A stretch of DNA of 64,000 nucleotides from Sphagnum compactum. Lineage: Eukaryota. Shown one piece after another: positions 1 through 10,459 of this stretch. The notes under the pieces were generated by a model. It saw only the letters and a program-made list of their open reading frames with translations, searched no databases and was not told the DNA's origin. How positions within the stretch are numbered: position 1 is the first letter of the stretch; every line of letters starts with the position of its first letter. Location of the stretch: the NCBI GenBank assembly GCA_965153455.1, contig OZ234494.1:2294001-2358000 (forward strand), in the 5' to 3' direction. The translations under genes were made by a program, and so were the position numbers.

Positions 1-1027
1 AAAGACTACAAATAGGATAGAGAATTGTCACAACCCTGAAAAAACCCCAAGGCTCCAAGGTCCTTTCCTACTTTCTCTTCTTTTCCCAGGCAATTGACTC
101 AACTGTACCTGATACAACTGGCTGAAGTAAAATGTAAACCTTGTCTGTCTGTGCAGGCATTGAAAGCATGAGTTTGATCAATTTTCTACTAACACTCTTG
201 AAGAACACACCACAACCACAGAAAGGACTGCCAGAATTTTTCTTTTGTATTTTCAGCTCCCTTACCTGCCTGAAGAAACCTGTTTTCAGCAAGCGGGATC
301 TTTTGCAGTGGAGGTACCAGCCAGGCTGTACTGGTATCTTCTGACCCACAGAAGATGCCAGCCAGTCTGTCACTATTTCTAAAAAGTGAAGAAATCCCTG
401 CTCTGCTTTCCGCAGGAAAAGGACATGAGTACAGGCCCTTCTCGTATACTTAAATATCCCAAAAACCATAAGACAGGGGCTGATAAAACATATACCACAC
501 AGGGGCTGATAAAACATATGCCACCATGAGTGACAAAGATTCTCTCCAAGGTTTTAAACAGTACAGAATTAAATGTGGTCAAAGTTGCAAGTTTACATGC
601 AAAGAGAACACTGACACCCATATCTCAAATCTTTGAACTCTCATTTCACAATTCTTCCTGTAGTCCGAAGCAGGGTTGTTGGGTCATGGGTGATAACAGA
701 CTGATTTTGTAAACAAGAACAAGCTTGCATAAAAAATCAAAAGTTTGTGTCAAACTAAGGAAACCATCTGTTTGAACAAAACCAAAATGCTCAATAAATA
801 AGGTTCCCCTTAGAGTAAGCTTCAATGTTTGTGAAAGGGGAAGGATTTGCCAACGATATTGAAAACCCATGTAAGTTCAGTACAAATGAATGTATAAACT
901 TGAAACAACCACCCCACTGCCATTGCATCTGGCCCTTCTAGCTTAACCTAAGCACCACATGTTCGGATTCACTCACAAATCGCAAGCTGTGAATTTGTGA
1001 GTACTTTCTTCCTTTCACACAATCCTG

Positions 1028-3040
1028 CTATGCATCTCCAAGTGTCCTCTTTGTTGTACTGATATATAGAACTGCATGTAATAAGCACTGGGTCAACAAA
1101 TGGGTTCACTTTAAACAAAACAAAAGAACCTGAACTTTGAAACACAAACAAGTGCTCTGCTTTTTGGAGACATGGACAGGATTTATGATATTCTTGAACT
1201 TCCAGGCATTCTGCAATGCAATATGTGCCATTCAATCATCATAAATTTAGTCTCCCAATTTTGAACAAGCAAGCAAAATCCAATCTCATCCAGGGGTTTA
1301 CATCCAATCCCTACAAAGCTTTGCATTGTAGGGATTGGATGTGAACCCCTGGGTGAGTTTTGGAGCTGAAATGCACATTTCCAGAGTGAAAAAAATGCAG
1401 AGCCTATGCACTCAGATACAGCCTCATCTGCCGTTAGTATAAGGTCAGTGTTTGGACAAATCGGCCATAACCTTATCTTTACTCTCATCCAACCAGATAA
1501 AAAATTGTGGCTTTCATCCAACATTTGCTAGCTACCTCTTGTATGAACAGACCTCTGACAGGGGAAGAAGGAAGTGTTACCATTATTGCCTCGAATGAAG
1601 GCATCTCCATATTTATTTTTCAGTTGACCATTCACATACTCCTCAGTTTGCTCCATTGCTATGTTCATGTACCCATCCAAACATGCTAAAATTCCTGCAC
1701 CCAACCAAGACCATGACTTTTGAATGTGCTAAACTTGGAGTAGTGTTAAGCCAAGCATTTAATACCAGAACAACATCACGGGAAAGGCACTGGAAGTATC
1801 TTTGACCATAGAGAACTGTATCATCAATCAAGTAAAGATTAATGTGTTGTAGAAGAGAGACTAAAACCATCCATCAACTCTTAAATTTTGTGTGGATTTG
1901 TCAAACTCAACCCCAAGGTAACAGCCTCCTAGGCAATGATGGTCTACATTCCAAGGTTGCAAAGCATCTGCCAGAACTTTCTGAGGCTCTGCAGATGCAG
2001 CAAGAGAAATCTTCAGAAAGGAGTTGGTTATCAAAGTTGAACCAAAGGTGACAGGGCTTGTAGTCAATCTGAACAGCAGAAAGTTAAATTGATGAGATTC
2101 AGGAACCAATGGTATCATAAGAAAAGTCTAGTATTGACAGTAACAGCAAGCAATATCCTAAGACAGGCTTCCAATCATATTTCCAATTAACCCTAACTCT
2201 AAACCTGAAGCACAACCAGAAAGAACTTGAAAGGAATTTTTTAAACAAAATAAAAATGGCACATAACCCTGATGCTCAAATCAACACCATGCTGCAATCC
2301 CAAACCATAACAAAAAAAAGGGATGACTATAACCTGGGCAAACAGACAAGAATCCATTGACCCTAACCCCTGAAGAAATCAATATGATATTGTTGCCTAG
2401 TAGCCAAAACCTTCAACCCTAACTACAGAAACACCAGCCAAGAACCTTTTCTATTACACAACCAAAAACCTAGTCATAATCGTGAATCAATGCAGAGGCA
2501 CATCTTACCAAATCACTGACGTCTAAGGTTAATCTTGAAACGAAAGAAAGGGGGAACTGACCTCTAAACCCTAGGCCTGAAACCTTTTGGATAGGTTTTG
2601 ATAGCGAAGATTGAAATTCTCAAAGCAAAAATGAGGTACTTGTTGAAGCATGCACACAGAGCGTTGCAAAATAGCAACAGAAAGAAAGAGAATTACAGTT
2701 TAAATGGCGGAGTGGAGCACTAAACTCTAGTTATATACATGAAACACACCGAGGCATTGACGCCTAAACCCTAATCCACGAACCTCTGGGAAGACATTTT
2801 TGAAGCGAAAAATGCAATCCTAAAGGCAAAAAGAAAAATGGAAAAAATATATATTGGAGTAACAGATACCAACGGAAAGACACAGAATATAGCGATGAAA
2901 AATACCGGAGCGTAAAGCATACCTCGATAATCCACTCCCGAGTTGAGCTTCACCACCACAGGCCGGCCTCTAATAGACTTGAGAAAATCTGCAGGCGTCT
3001 TGGCCGAGCCCACAGCTCCTGCTCCCGCCCCTCCACTCAT
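1028..3040 (-). CDS. LSM6: Sm-like protein LSm6 (U6 snRNP / mRNA decay LSm ring)
   Basis: Exons 3040-2923, 1694-1581 and 1071-1028, all GT-AG and phase-consistent, total 276 nt = 91 aa: MSGGAGAGAVGSAKTPADFLKSIRGRPVVVKLNSGVDYRGILACLDGYMNIAMEQTEEYVNGQLKNKYGDAFIRGNNVLYISTTKRTLGDA*. Sm1 and Sm2 motifs are typical of plant LSM6. Confidence 0.96.
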
Positions 3041-3325
3041 CTCTCCCCTGTTCTGTAACCTCTTCCGTCTTTTCTTCCGTGTTCTCAAAAACTTTCAACA
3101 GGAAAGCAAAATGCAACAAAGTGCTTCGCTGAAGAGGCTAAAGAAGACGATGACAACGGAAGAAACAAAACACGACACAAGACCAAAGAACATTATGGAC
3201 CATAATGATCCCATCCAATTTAGGGTTTCGTAACTATGGGGCGTAATGTCACATCAGTGTACCGTCCAGATGCAGCGCTGCACTTACGGCTGAACATCAT
3301 GCACGTAACTTCGTCTCAATGGACC

Positions 3326-3381
3326 GTCCAGATGTCTCCGACTGTCGGAAGCATCTGGACAACCCTAATTCGATTAGGGTT
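3326..3381. promoter_or_regulatory. Two adjacent palindromes, the second made of inverted telo-box-like motifs, in the divergent promoter of LSM6 and the snoRNA unit
   Basis: GTCCAGATG..TCCGAC-T-GTCGGA..CATCTGGAC (3326-3360) is followed directly by AACCCTAAT-TCG-ATTAGGGTT (3361-3381). Further TAGGGTTT motifs lie near 3221 and 3601. Confidence 0.5.
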
Positions 3382-3698
3382 TTGCATCTTAAGGTAGACT
3401 AACGCAACCGCGCCTGTCTTCCCAATGAAGCAGTTTGCCGATCGCATCGATTCCTGCAATGACGTCGTTGTTGTGTTATTATCCTGTTGTGTTCTTGAGA
3501 ATGTTTGCTTTGGGATGTGAGTAATATTGTGTCGTGATGTTTCCTTGGGAGGAATCTTGTCTTGGTTTCCTGAGATGTTGGTGGAAGATGCGAGTTGATT
3601 TAGGGTTTTGGTTTCGGAAGAAGGGAAGGTCGCATATCTATGCAACTTTTCTGTCTCGGCCGGTTGTTTTTGGAGTTAGTCTTTTCGATTCAGAATTG

Positions 3699-3787
3699 GG
3701 CCGATGATTATACCACATCTACTATACCATCTTTCGGGACGGAGAAACCATTTTTTGGTTGTGCCGACTTGTGTATTTATGATGGCC
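3699..3787 (+). ncRNA. Box C/D snoRNA candidate, snR39B/SNORD2-like (25S rRNA Gm guide)
   Basis: Terminal GGCC/GGCC stem; box C ATGATTA (3704-3710); guide ACCATCTTTCGGG (3726-3738) complementary to conserved LSU rRNA CCCGAAAGAUGGU; D'-like CGGA (3740-3743); short stem-loop; C'-like GTGCCGA (3761-3767); D-like ATGA (3779-3782). All boxes are slightly degenerate. Confidence 0.7.
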
Positions 3788-3798
3788 TTTTCCCATGT

Positions 3799-3922
3799 AT
3801 TTATCGCAACTGCCGACTGCTGTGCTGGCACGAGCAAATGAACGAACTCCGTAGAGGTAGATCATAAAAGAATGACCATCTTCTAGATGTATTTGTCAAG
3901 GCTCCAACGATTCTTGACAGTC
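3799..3922 (+). ncRNA. Box H/ACA snoRNA candidate (3' pocket could guide 18S GGAG[U]AUGGUC)
   Basis: Hairpin, H box ATAAAA (3864-3869), hairpin, ACA (3917-3919) plus 3 nt. Pocket strands GACCA (3874-3878) and CTCC (3902-3905) flank an upper stem TCTT/AAGG and lie 15 nt from ACA. Confidence 0.6.
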
Positions 3923-3963
3923 TTACTTTGTGCTGAAATTTATCTCTTTGATTTTCCTAGATG

Positions 3964-4093
3964 TATTGTAATGCAACATCCAAGCTCTTCAAACTTTCTA
4001 ATGTAACGGATGCTGGATTTCCATAAAGTAGAAAAATGCATAATGATTTGCAAATCTTGGGAGTCTTGTTGGTTAAATTGCAATGTTACATTT
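3964..4093 (+). ncRNA. Second box H/ACA snoRNA candidate
   Basis: Hairpin with CAACATCC/GGATGCTG upper stem ending 14 nt before H box AGAAAA (4030-4035), a second hairpin, then ACA (4088-4090) plus TTT; about 130 nt. Target not firmly assigned. Confidence 0.45.
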
Positions 4094-4111
4094 GTTTAAT
4101 GTGTTTGTGTT

Positions 4112-4252
4112 CTTCTACATGAATGAAGTTCATGGAATCATTGTAGCTACATTCTTGTCCCTACTCAAAATGAGGCATGTCCTTCTACGTGAATGAAGTT
4201 CATGGAATCATTGTAGCTACATTGTTGTCCCTACTCAAAATGAGGCATGTCC
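4112..4252 (+). repeat. Tandem duplication of a ~70-bp unit within the snoRNA region
   Basis: CTTCTACRTGAATGAAGTTCATGGAATCATTGTAGCTACATTSTTGTCCCTACTCAAAATGAGGCATGTC occurs twice head-to-tail with 2 differences. Confidence 0.9.
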
Positions 4253-6122
4253 TTTGGCACATCTCGCACAGGAACTCGGTGTGCAGGTTTGTGTGTATTA
4301 CACTTGTCTATACCCATTGTAGGGAGCTGATTAAGTCAGTGAGTAATTTGTGATAGATAAGTCTGCTATCATACATGTTATTGTTAATGGTCCCTGAACA
4401 AGTGAGAGATTCACTTTTGTTCGCACTGCTAGTTTTATTGACTCTGCCCTTCAGGGTAAAGACATTGTGACCCAGCCAGAAGCAGACCAAAAGTTTTGTA
4501 TTCATATGTGCTATGGTCATGTGGAGTTCATTTCCAGCATAACTCAAGGATCCACTTGGGCTTCACCATGTGTTTCCAATTTAGTATGTTGAATATTTAT
4601 CATCCTTATGGAAGTTGTGTAATAGGCACAGCCATCATGCAATGAGCTGCTGCTTGTTCTTTGTTTGAATTCTACCCTCCTGTGTTTTTCTTCTTCCCAG
4701 TTCTTCAGTCCATAAGTGCAAGTCTTTCTTTGACTTGTAGGAAAAGTTTTAACCTTGTTCCAGCTTTCTTAATTGTGAGTATGGAAATTTTCTAGATTCA
4801 CATGAGAGTTATCATCTCTTTGTTGCTTCAATCTTTTTTTACCAAGTCATGAATTGTAAGGATGGTAGTTCAACTGGCAAAAACTAGCTGTTTCATCCTT
4901 TGAAGATTAGATCTCCAAAATACATTCTCTTTCTTTTTCCCTCTCCTTTGCATAGGAGTATTACTTTTTTCAAATGTTTTGGACAAAGAGATACCACCCT
5001 AATTACAAAATTATACTTCTAGTTATGCAATTGTAACATGTTAAATGATGGTCTATTGATGGCTTTTGCAACAATGGATGAGAAACACTGGTAGCTTGGG
5101 CATTCATGAACTGAGATTTGAAGTTTTCAACTTGTTCAATGTGGTCTAGCATTGATTGGAATTGAAGTGGGATTCATGTCCTTAGCACACATTGTGAGGT
5201 ATGAAGATCATTCTCTCAAAGTGGTGACACTATTGGCACTTCCTTCTATCTTACTCCCTAAGTGTTCAAGAGCTTTGTGTCACCAAATGAATAGCCTTGG
5301 ATGGTGTAATTTGCATTAGTTAGTTGTTGATGCATTTTTAGCCAGGTTTAGTTTTGATATGGTGCTCCCATGATTGGCCTGGCATAAGAAATTGTTTTGC
5401 AAATGTTCAAAGAAACGGGATTTGATTCTCATCATCAGAAGAGACCAAGTACACCATATTTTGCTACGGCATAATGCAAGTTTCTGCTTGGGAAATTTTG
5501 TTGCTAGAAGTCAAGTAAATTGAAAATGTATTCACTGTTGTGATTTACTTAACTATGTCCTCCTTAATCAAAAGCTCGGAGAGCTTACAAGTTACATGGA
5601 CAGTGTTTTTAAGAATGGAATGCAGTTCTATCACTAGCAAGTGATTTGTCTAACTAGTGAAGTCCATACATGCCTAGCTTGTGTGATGAGGTGATGAAGG
5701 TATAGTAAAAATCTTTTTTTGAACCTTGTTTGTTGAGGGCCTCTTCTGCAGGATAAATCACTAGGTTACCTGTCGTTCTGTGCTTGCCAAGAATGATCAT
5801 GTGGTTAGGTGTTGAAATTGGGAATGTTAGGTCCTTTTTATTGGAGTTCCATGAACAATCCTGTTCGGAATTCAAATTCTGTCATAGTGAAAATATTGTA
5901 AGATGTGAACTGATGGCCATAACATGGATATCAAAATTATATATGTGTGTATTTGTGTGTGTTTGGGTGATGTAATATAGGGGTGAACACTTGGTGCCTG
6001 CCCTAAATGGACCATAAATGACAGTTTTCTTTCATTAAGTTTGCTAGTGCAAACCTCACAATGGTTCAAATTAACACTTGAAATGACAAGCTTGAGATGC
6101 ATAGGAATGAGACGTCCTCAAC

Positions 6123-6457
6123 CAGTGTTGGTGAGGTAACTTATTTCTTAAGAACCTCCGTTTCTTGTTTTTTCAGAATTTTGAAATCAAAGAACCTCTG
6201 GTTCTGGTCGAAAAACCACTGGTTTTCATGAAATGGGAGGGAAAAGAACAAGAGTTTTATAGAAGGCTATTTTCTTAGATTTTTTGAGAATTATGATTAC
6301 AAATAGGGATCAGTTCTTAGATTTTTTTGAGATCTGTGATAAATATATCAAAATTGGTCCCTTTGATTTTTGAAAATCACAAGTATATGTATCTTAATAG
6401 CGGCCCTGATGACCTTCAGTAAATTGATGCCATATTTCTAACAACTATCCAACAGTG
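6123..6457. mobile_element. Putative hAT-type MITE
   Basis: Termini CAGTGTTGG ... CCAACAGTG (one mismatch from a perfect TIR), about 335 bp, non-coding. No clean TSD seen. Confidence 0.45.
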
Positions 6458-6799
6458 GTCCAAAGTCCAAACACGGCAACAACCAAAAAGCCAAGAACGG
6501 GAAGACTGCGTACAGCTCAGGTGGGAGAGGCATCCTGCAAAGGAGTCTTTTAGCTTTAGTCTCTGACAACAAAGAGCTTTTGAAGCATGACAGTTAAACA
6601 GTAACTACGGTCAGTACACACCTTGGTCTGCAATACATGATGTCATACTTCTTTGTTCTTTCAAACGCATGTAACTTACAAGACAACAGATGTGAGACTT
6701 GTATTGATGAAGAAGCCCTTAAAAAGCACTCACAAGTGTATTTGGAGGGCACCTTACATCAATGAATATCCCTCATCCGAAGTTTTGGTATCTTGTATC

Positions 6800-7690
6800 T
6801 AGTGTAGCCTAATTTAGCCACATATGATTAAATTAAACTTAAATAACTTATTTTTGCCAAGTTTAGCTTAATATAATCTAGTTTAACCAAGTATAGTTTA
6901 ATATAACCAAATTTAGCCTAACATATTCAAGTATAGCCAAATATAGCCAAGTTTAACCTAAATACCCTACTTTTGCCAATTTAATATAGTTTAGCCTAGT
7001 TTAACCAAATATAATTTAGTATAACCAAGTATAGCCTAAAAAACCTATTTTTGCCAAGTTTAACTTAGTTTAACCTAATTTAGTCAAATATAATTTAGTA
7101 TAACCAAGTTTAGCCAAGTTTAGCATAAATAACCAAGTATAGCCAAGTTTGGCCTAAATAATTTACTTTTGCCAAGTTTAACCAAATATAATTTAATATA
7201 ACCAAGTTTAGCCAAGTTTAACCTAATATAGCCAAGTATAGCTTAGTTTAACCAAGTTTAGCCTAATATAGCCAAGAATAGCTTAGTTTAGCCAATTATA
7301 ACTAACTTTAACATTAATAACCTACTTTTGCCAAGTTAATCGAGTATAATATAGTTTAGCCAAATATAATTTGGTATAACCAAATTTAACCTAACATGGT
7401 CAAGTATAGCCAACTATAGCTGAGTTTAACCTAAATAACCTATTTTTGTCAAGTTTAGCCTAGTTTAGCTTAATATAGCCTAGTTTAACTTAGATTAAAT
7501 TTAAATAGCCTAGTTTAACTTAAGTACCTTCAAGGTATATTAAGTTGCCTAGGTTTAGTCTACGAAGTCCTAGATTTTTTAAAAGGAGGCTATGGAAGCC
7601 TAGGCTTGATTGTTGGGTGGCCTAGGTTAGCCTAGGTCAACCTAGGTTAGTCTAAAGAGGCATAGGCTAATTTAGGCTAGACGTTTATTA
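6800..7690. repeat. Degenerate 10-bp-period minisatellite
   Basis: Dozens of variants of AAGTTTAGCC / AATATAGCCT / AAGTATAGCC in register, punctuated by AAATAACCTACTTTTGCC blocks. Confidence 0.85.
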
Positions 7691-8396
7691 TTTATTATAT
7701 TTGTGATACCTTCATTTGTTGCATAAAAAATGTGGTGGTGTGATGGCAAAGGACTTTGCCCCTCAAAGTGGAGGTGGGGGATACAAATCCTTTTGTTTTC
7801 ATCCTATGTGCTTCCTAAGTTCCTAGGGGAGTATTAGTGGAGTAGCCTTCCTAAGAGGAGGGTTAGGTGGTTAGCACGTAGCCTAGGTTGTTTTTTAACC
7901 TAGATTAGGTCGCCTAGCCTAGCTTGGCATGTAGAATAGGTCACTTAGCCTATGGTGCTTAGCATAGGGCTCTTAGTTTAGTAAGTAGCTTAGGCTAGGT
8001 CCCAAGTGTCATTATTTGACTAAAAGTTGATTGCCACATGGCATCATATAATTGGGTATGCAAAATAATTTCATTATTCTAGATTGCCATGTGTCCACTC
8101 ATAAATGGTTAATAAAAATTTGAATTCATTCTAAGCTACCACGTGGCAGCAAGAAATTAATCAAAATAAATTATAATTATATTTTAAATTAAATTTTGGC
8201 TCTTGAAGATGTCATGCAGTCATGGAGGACATAGTTGCAAATGGCATTTACGACTATGCCATTTTTTGTGACTAGTGGTAAATACCACATGGCCATATGG
8301 ACTAGTAGTCATGTAGTCATGGCTAATCATATATGTGGTTTATGACTACAACACCAGTCGCTTATGTAGTCATATTTTCCATGTTTTGGTGTAGTG
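7690..8396. mobile_element. One end of a non-autonomous CACTA-like element, possibly including the minisatellite
   Basis: Ends in TGTAGTG (reverse complement CACTACA) at 8390-8396, with subterminal GACTA/TAGTC and CCAC(A/G)TGGCA motifs resembling the element at 43292-46075. The other end was not found. Confidence 0.5.
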
Positions 8397-8401
8397 GGTG
8401 G

Positions 8402-10323
8402 TGTTAAGGGCAGAAATTGCGGCACCCAATCATTACCATCCTCTAGGGGGTAATACCAAAGGACAAGGTTGATACATTATTCTCTAGTTAAAGAATTACC
8501 TTCTTTATCTTACTTTATTACAATTACTCAAGTAGGAAGTAAAAGGTCATGCTAGGAATATGGAAGATAAAGGTCTATTGTCCATGACCTACCCTCCTAT
8601 AAATAATCTCAACCAGGGAGTAGGGAATGGAACGTAGGGAAAGGAACAATAAGAGATACGGGGAGAGAACCTAGGAGTAGTTATTCTCCCTGGTTTTGTA
8701 GTACCTTCAACACCTTCGGGATATTGCTTAAGGGGTTTGTAGACCTTTTTACCATTATTGTCCCTGACGCACTCCCAAGTTCCTTGTTAGACCCAAGTTG
8801 GGTCCAAAGAAGTCAAACAACGAAATTGTTTGGAACTTGGTGCACGCTCCCAGCTTCTGGCACTAAAAGGGGTAGAGGGGTGTGCTGAAGCTCCGGGATT
8901 AGACTAGGGTGAGGGACAAGCTTTACTTAGTTACTTGAACCTGCATCAAACCAACCAACAAGTTGATTAGTTCACATTCGGAAGCACTTACAGTGCTAGG
9001 ACAAGCCACGGGCGACCTTGGACTCACACGACTCACCATGGCCCGGACTCGGGGGAAGCCACCACCTTCCTCCATATAGTATTCTCTGCATTACTCCGCG
9101 GCACCTACATCCAAATGGCACTTTTTCAAATGGCACATCCAAAATTGTCCCAGTTTAGACTCCCGGGACTTTGAAAGTTCATAACTCCTTGCTCAGACCT
9201 CCGACTGGGATGAAGCAAACTTGTAGCTCTCCTCAAGAGTTTTTCAACGGTGTGTCGCACTTAACCTGCACACACCGGGGTCGGGTCGATTCCCAACTTT
9301 TAGTGGTTAGGAGTCAAACTGGCAGTTTGACTCCCGGCCCTTCTTTTGTCCATAACTTATGCTGCAATTGTCTAAATGGCTCATGCAAGGTCATTTTCGA
9401 CATCTACACTTCAAGACCTTTCCAACGGTATAAAGAACATTTCAAGGCGAGGTGTTTTGACCCCTGCAATTGAACTCTAAATTTTTGAGAGTCCCGGAGG
9501 ACTCCCAAGTCCCCATTTCGGGAGTGTGAGTGTCATCCTCACACTCCTTCAAAGTGGGGTTGCAACAGTCCCTCCTTCCCCCTACTTATTGATTCTTCGG
9601 TGGCTCTGCATGCCACCTACAACCTTCGAGAAGTCCTTCCTCTACTCTGTACCTTTTGCAACCAGTTGTTTTCCCTCTGAACTCCTACCTTTTGCTTACA
9701 ACAATACCTTCCAACCTGCAAGGGGTATCTTGTTGGTCTATTCCTTCTTTGAATCCCACCACCAAGGACTAGCTGTTACCTTCCCATGGCAGCTAGTAGC
9801 TTGGTGCTCCAAAAGCTAACCATGGTCAGCCCCATTATTCTCTATCCTAGAAAAAATGCAGGGATACCAACTCCAAGAATTATCCTACTTACATAACATA
9901 CCTTACTCTACCTCGCACACTTAGCATAATAACAATGCAACCCAAGAGACTCAAGTCCTTCAACCATCTTCCATTAAAAATCATATAACAAGTACGTACA
10001 TCTTTCTTCATTCCTCCCATCATTCTCCAAGTAGAATTCTCCATATCTCACACAAATATCTAATGCATGGCCTCATCCTCCCTCACTTCCTCTATCCCCC
10101 TTCCCCATATACACACACAAGGCCCACATTGACCCTTAGAAAATATGGTATTTATCCTACTCCTTTAATTCTTTTAAATGATTGAGTGGATTACCCTCAA
10201 CCACTCACTAACCCAAGCCACCTAATCCCATTTGTGTAAGGGACGGTAAGTCTACCACTAGTAGTTAGTAGTCACTAGGAGGCCTATGGAACTAAATAGT
10301 TTAGAGATTTCTATCCATTAACA
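8402..10323. mobile_element. LTR-like element (solo LTR/TRIM-like) hosting a younger solo LTR
   Basis: TGTTAAGGGCAGAAAT ... ATTTCTATCCATTAACA (TG..CA, imperfect terminal inverted repeat). Flanks GGTGG / AGTGG give a 4/5 TSD match. Confidence 0.55.
8765..9567. mobile_element. Solo LTR of an LTR retrotransposon
   Basis: 803 bp, TGACGCA...TGCAACA termini, perfect 5-bp TSD GTCCC at 8760-8764 and 9568-9572, no internal coding region. Confidence 0.9.
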
Positions 10324-10459
10324 AGTGGATGGCTAGTAGGGCTTCACAATGAAACATGAAACAAAAGATGAATTTTCATGGAATTTAAATCTTGAGCTAA
10401 AGGACCACATCATTGATTTTTTTCACAATGGAAAATGGACCAAATTTCTAATAGTCCAA

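Noticed and set aside
68..900. 149-aa minus ORF and a possible exon at ~266-380 (AG..GTAAG)
   Set aside because: No recognisable protein similarity; may be 3'UTR or a neighbouring gene cut by the window edge.
2771..3088. 105-aa ORF as the full LSM6 product
   Set aside because: It reads from the 5'UTR through the GT donor at 2922 into intron 1; the spliced model gives the canonical protein.
3361..3381. Telomerase RNA template (also considered for AAACCCTAAACCCTA at ~49421)
   Set aside because: No USE/TATA Pol III promoter or conserved TR elements seen; such motifs are common telo-boxes throughout the window.
4490..4640. U17/snR30 homologue
   Set aside because: No convincing m1/m2 motifs complementary to plant 18S ES6 and no terminal ACA at the right spacing.
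7732..7792. tRNA gene (A/B-box-like sequence; similar at ~42980 and ~47740-47800)
   Set aside because: No cloverleaf or anticodon arm; at most tRNA-derived decayed TE/SINE sequence.
9171..9819. 100-aa and 97-aa ORFs
   Set aside because: They lie within or across LTR sequence and show no domain signature.
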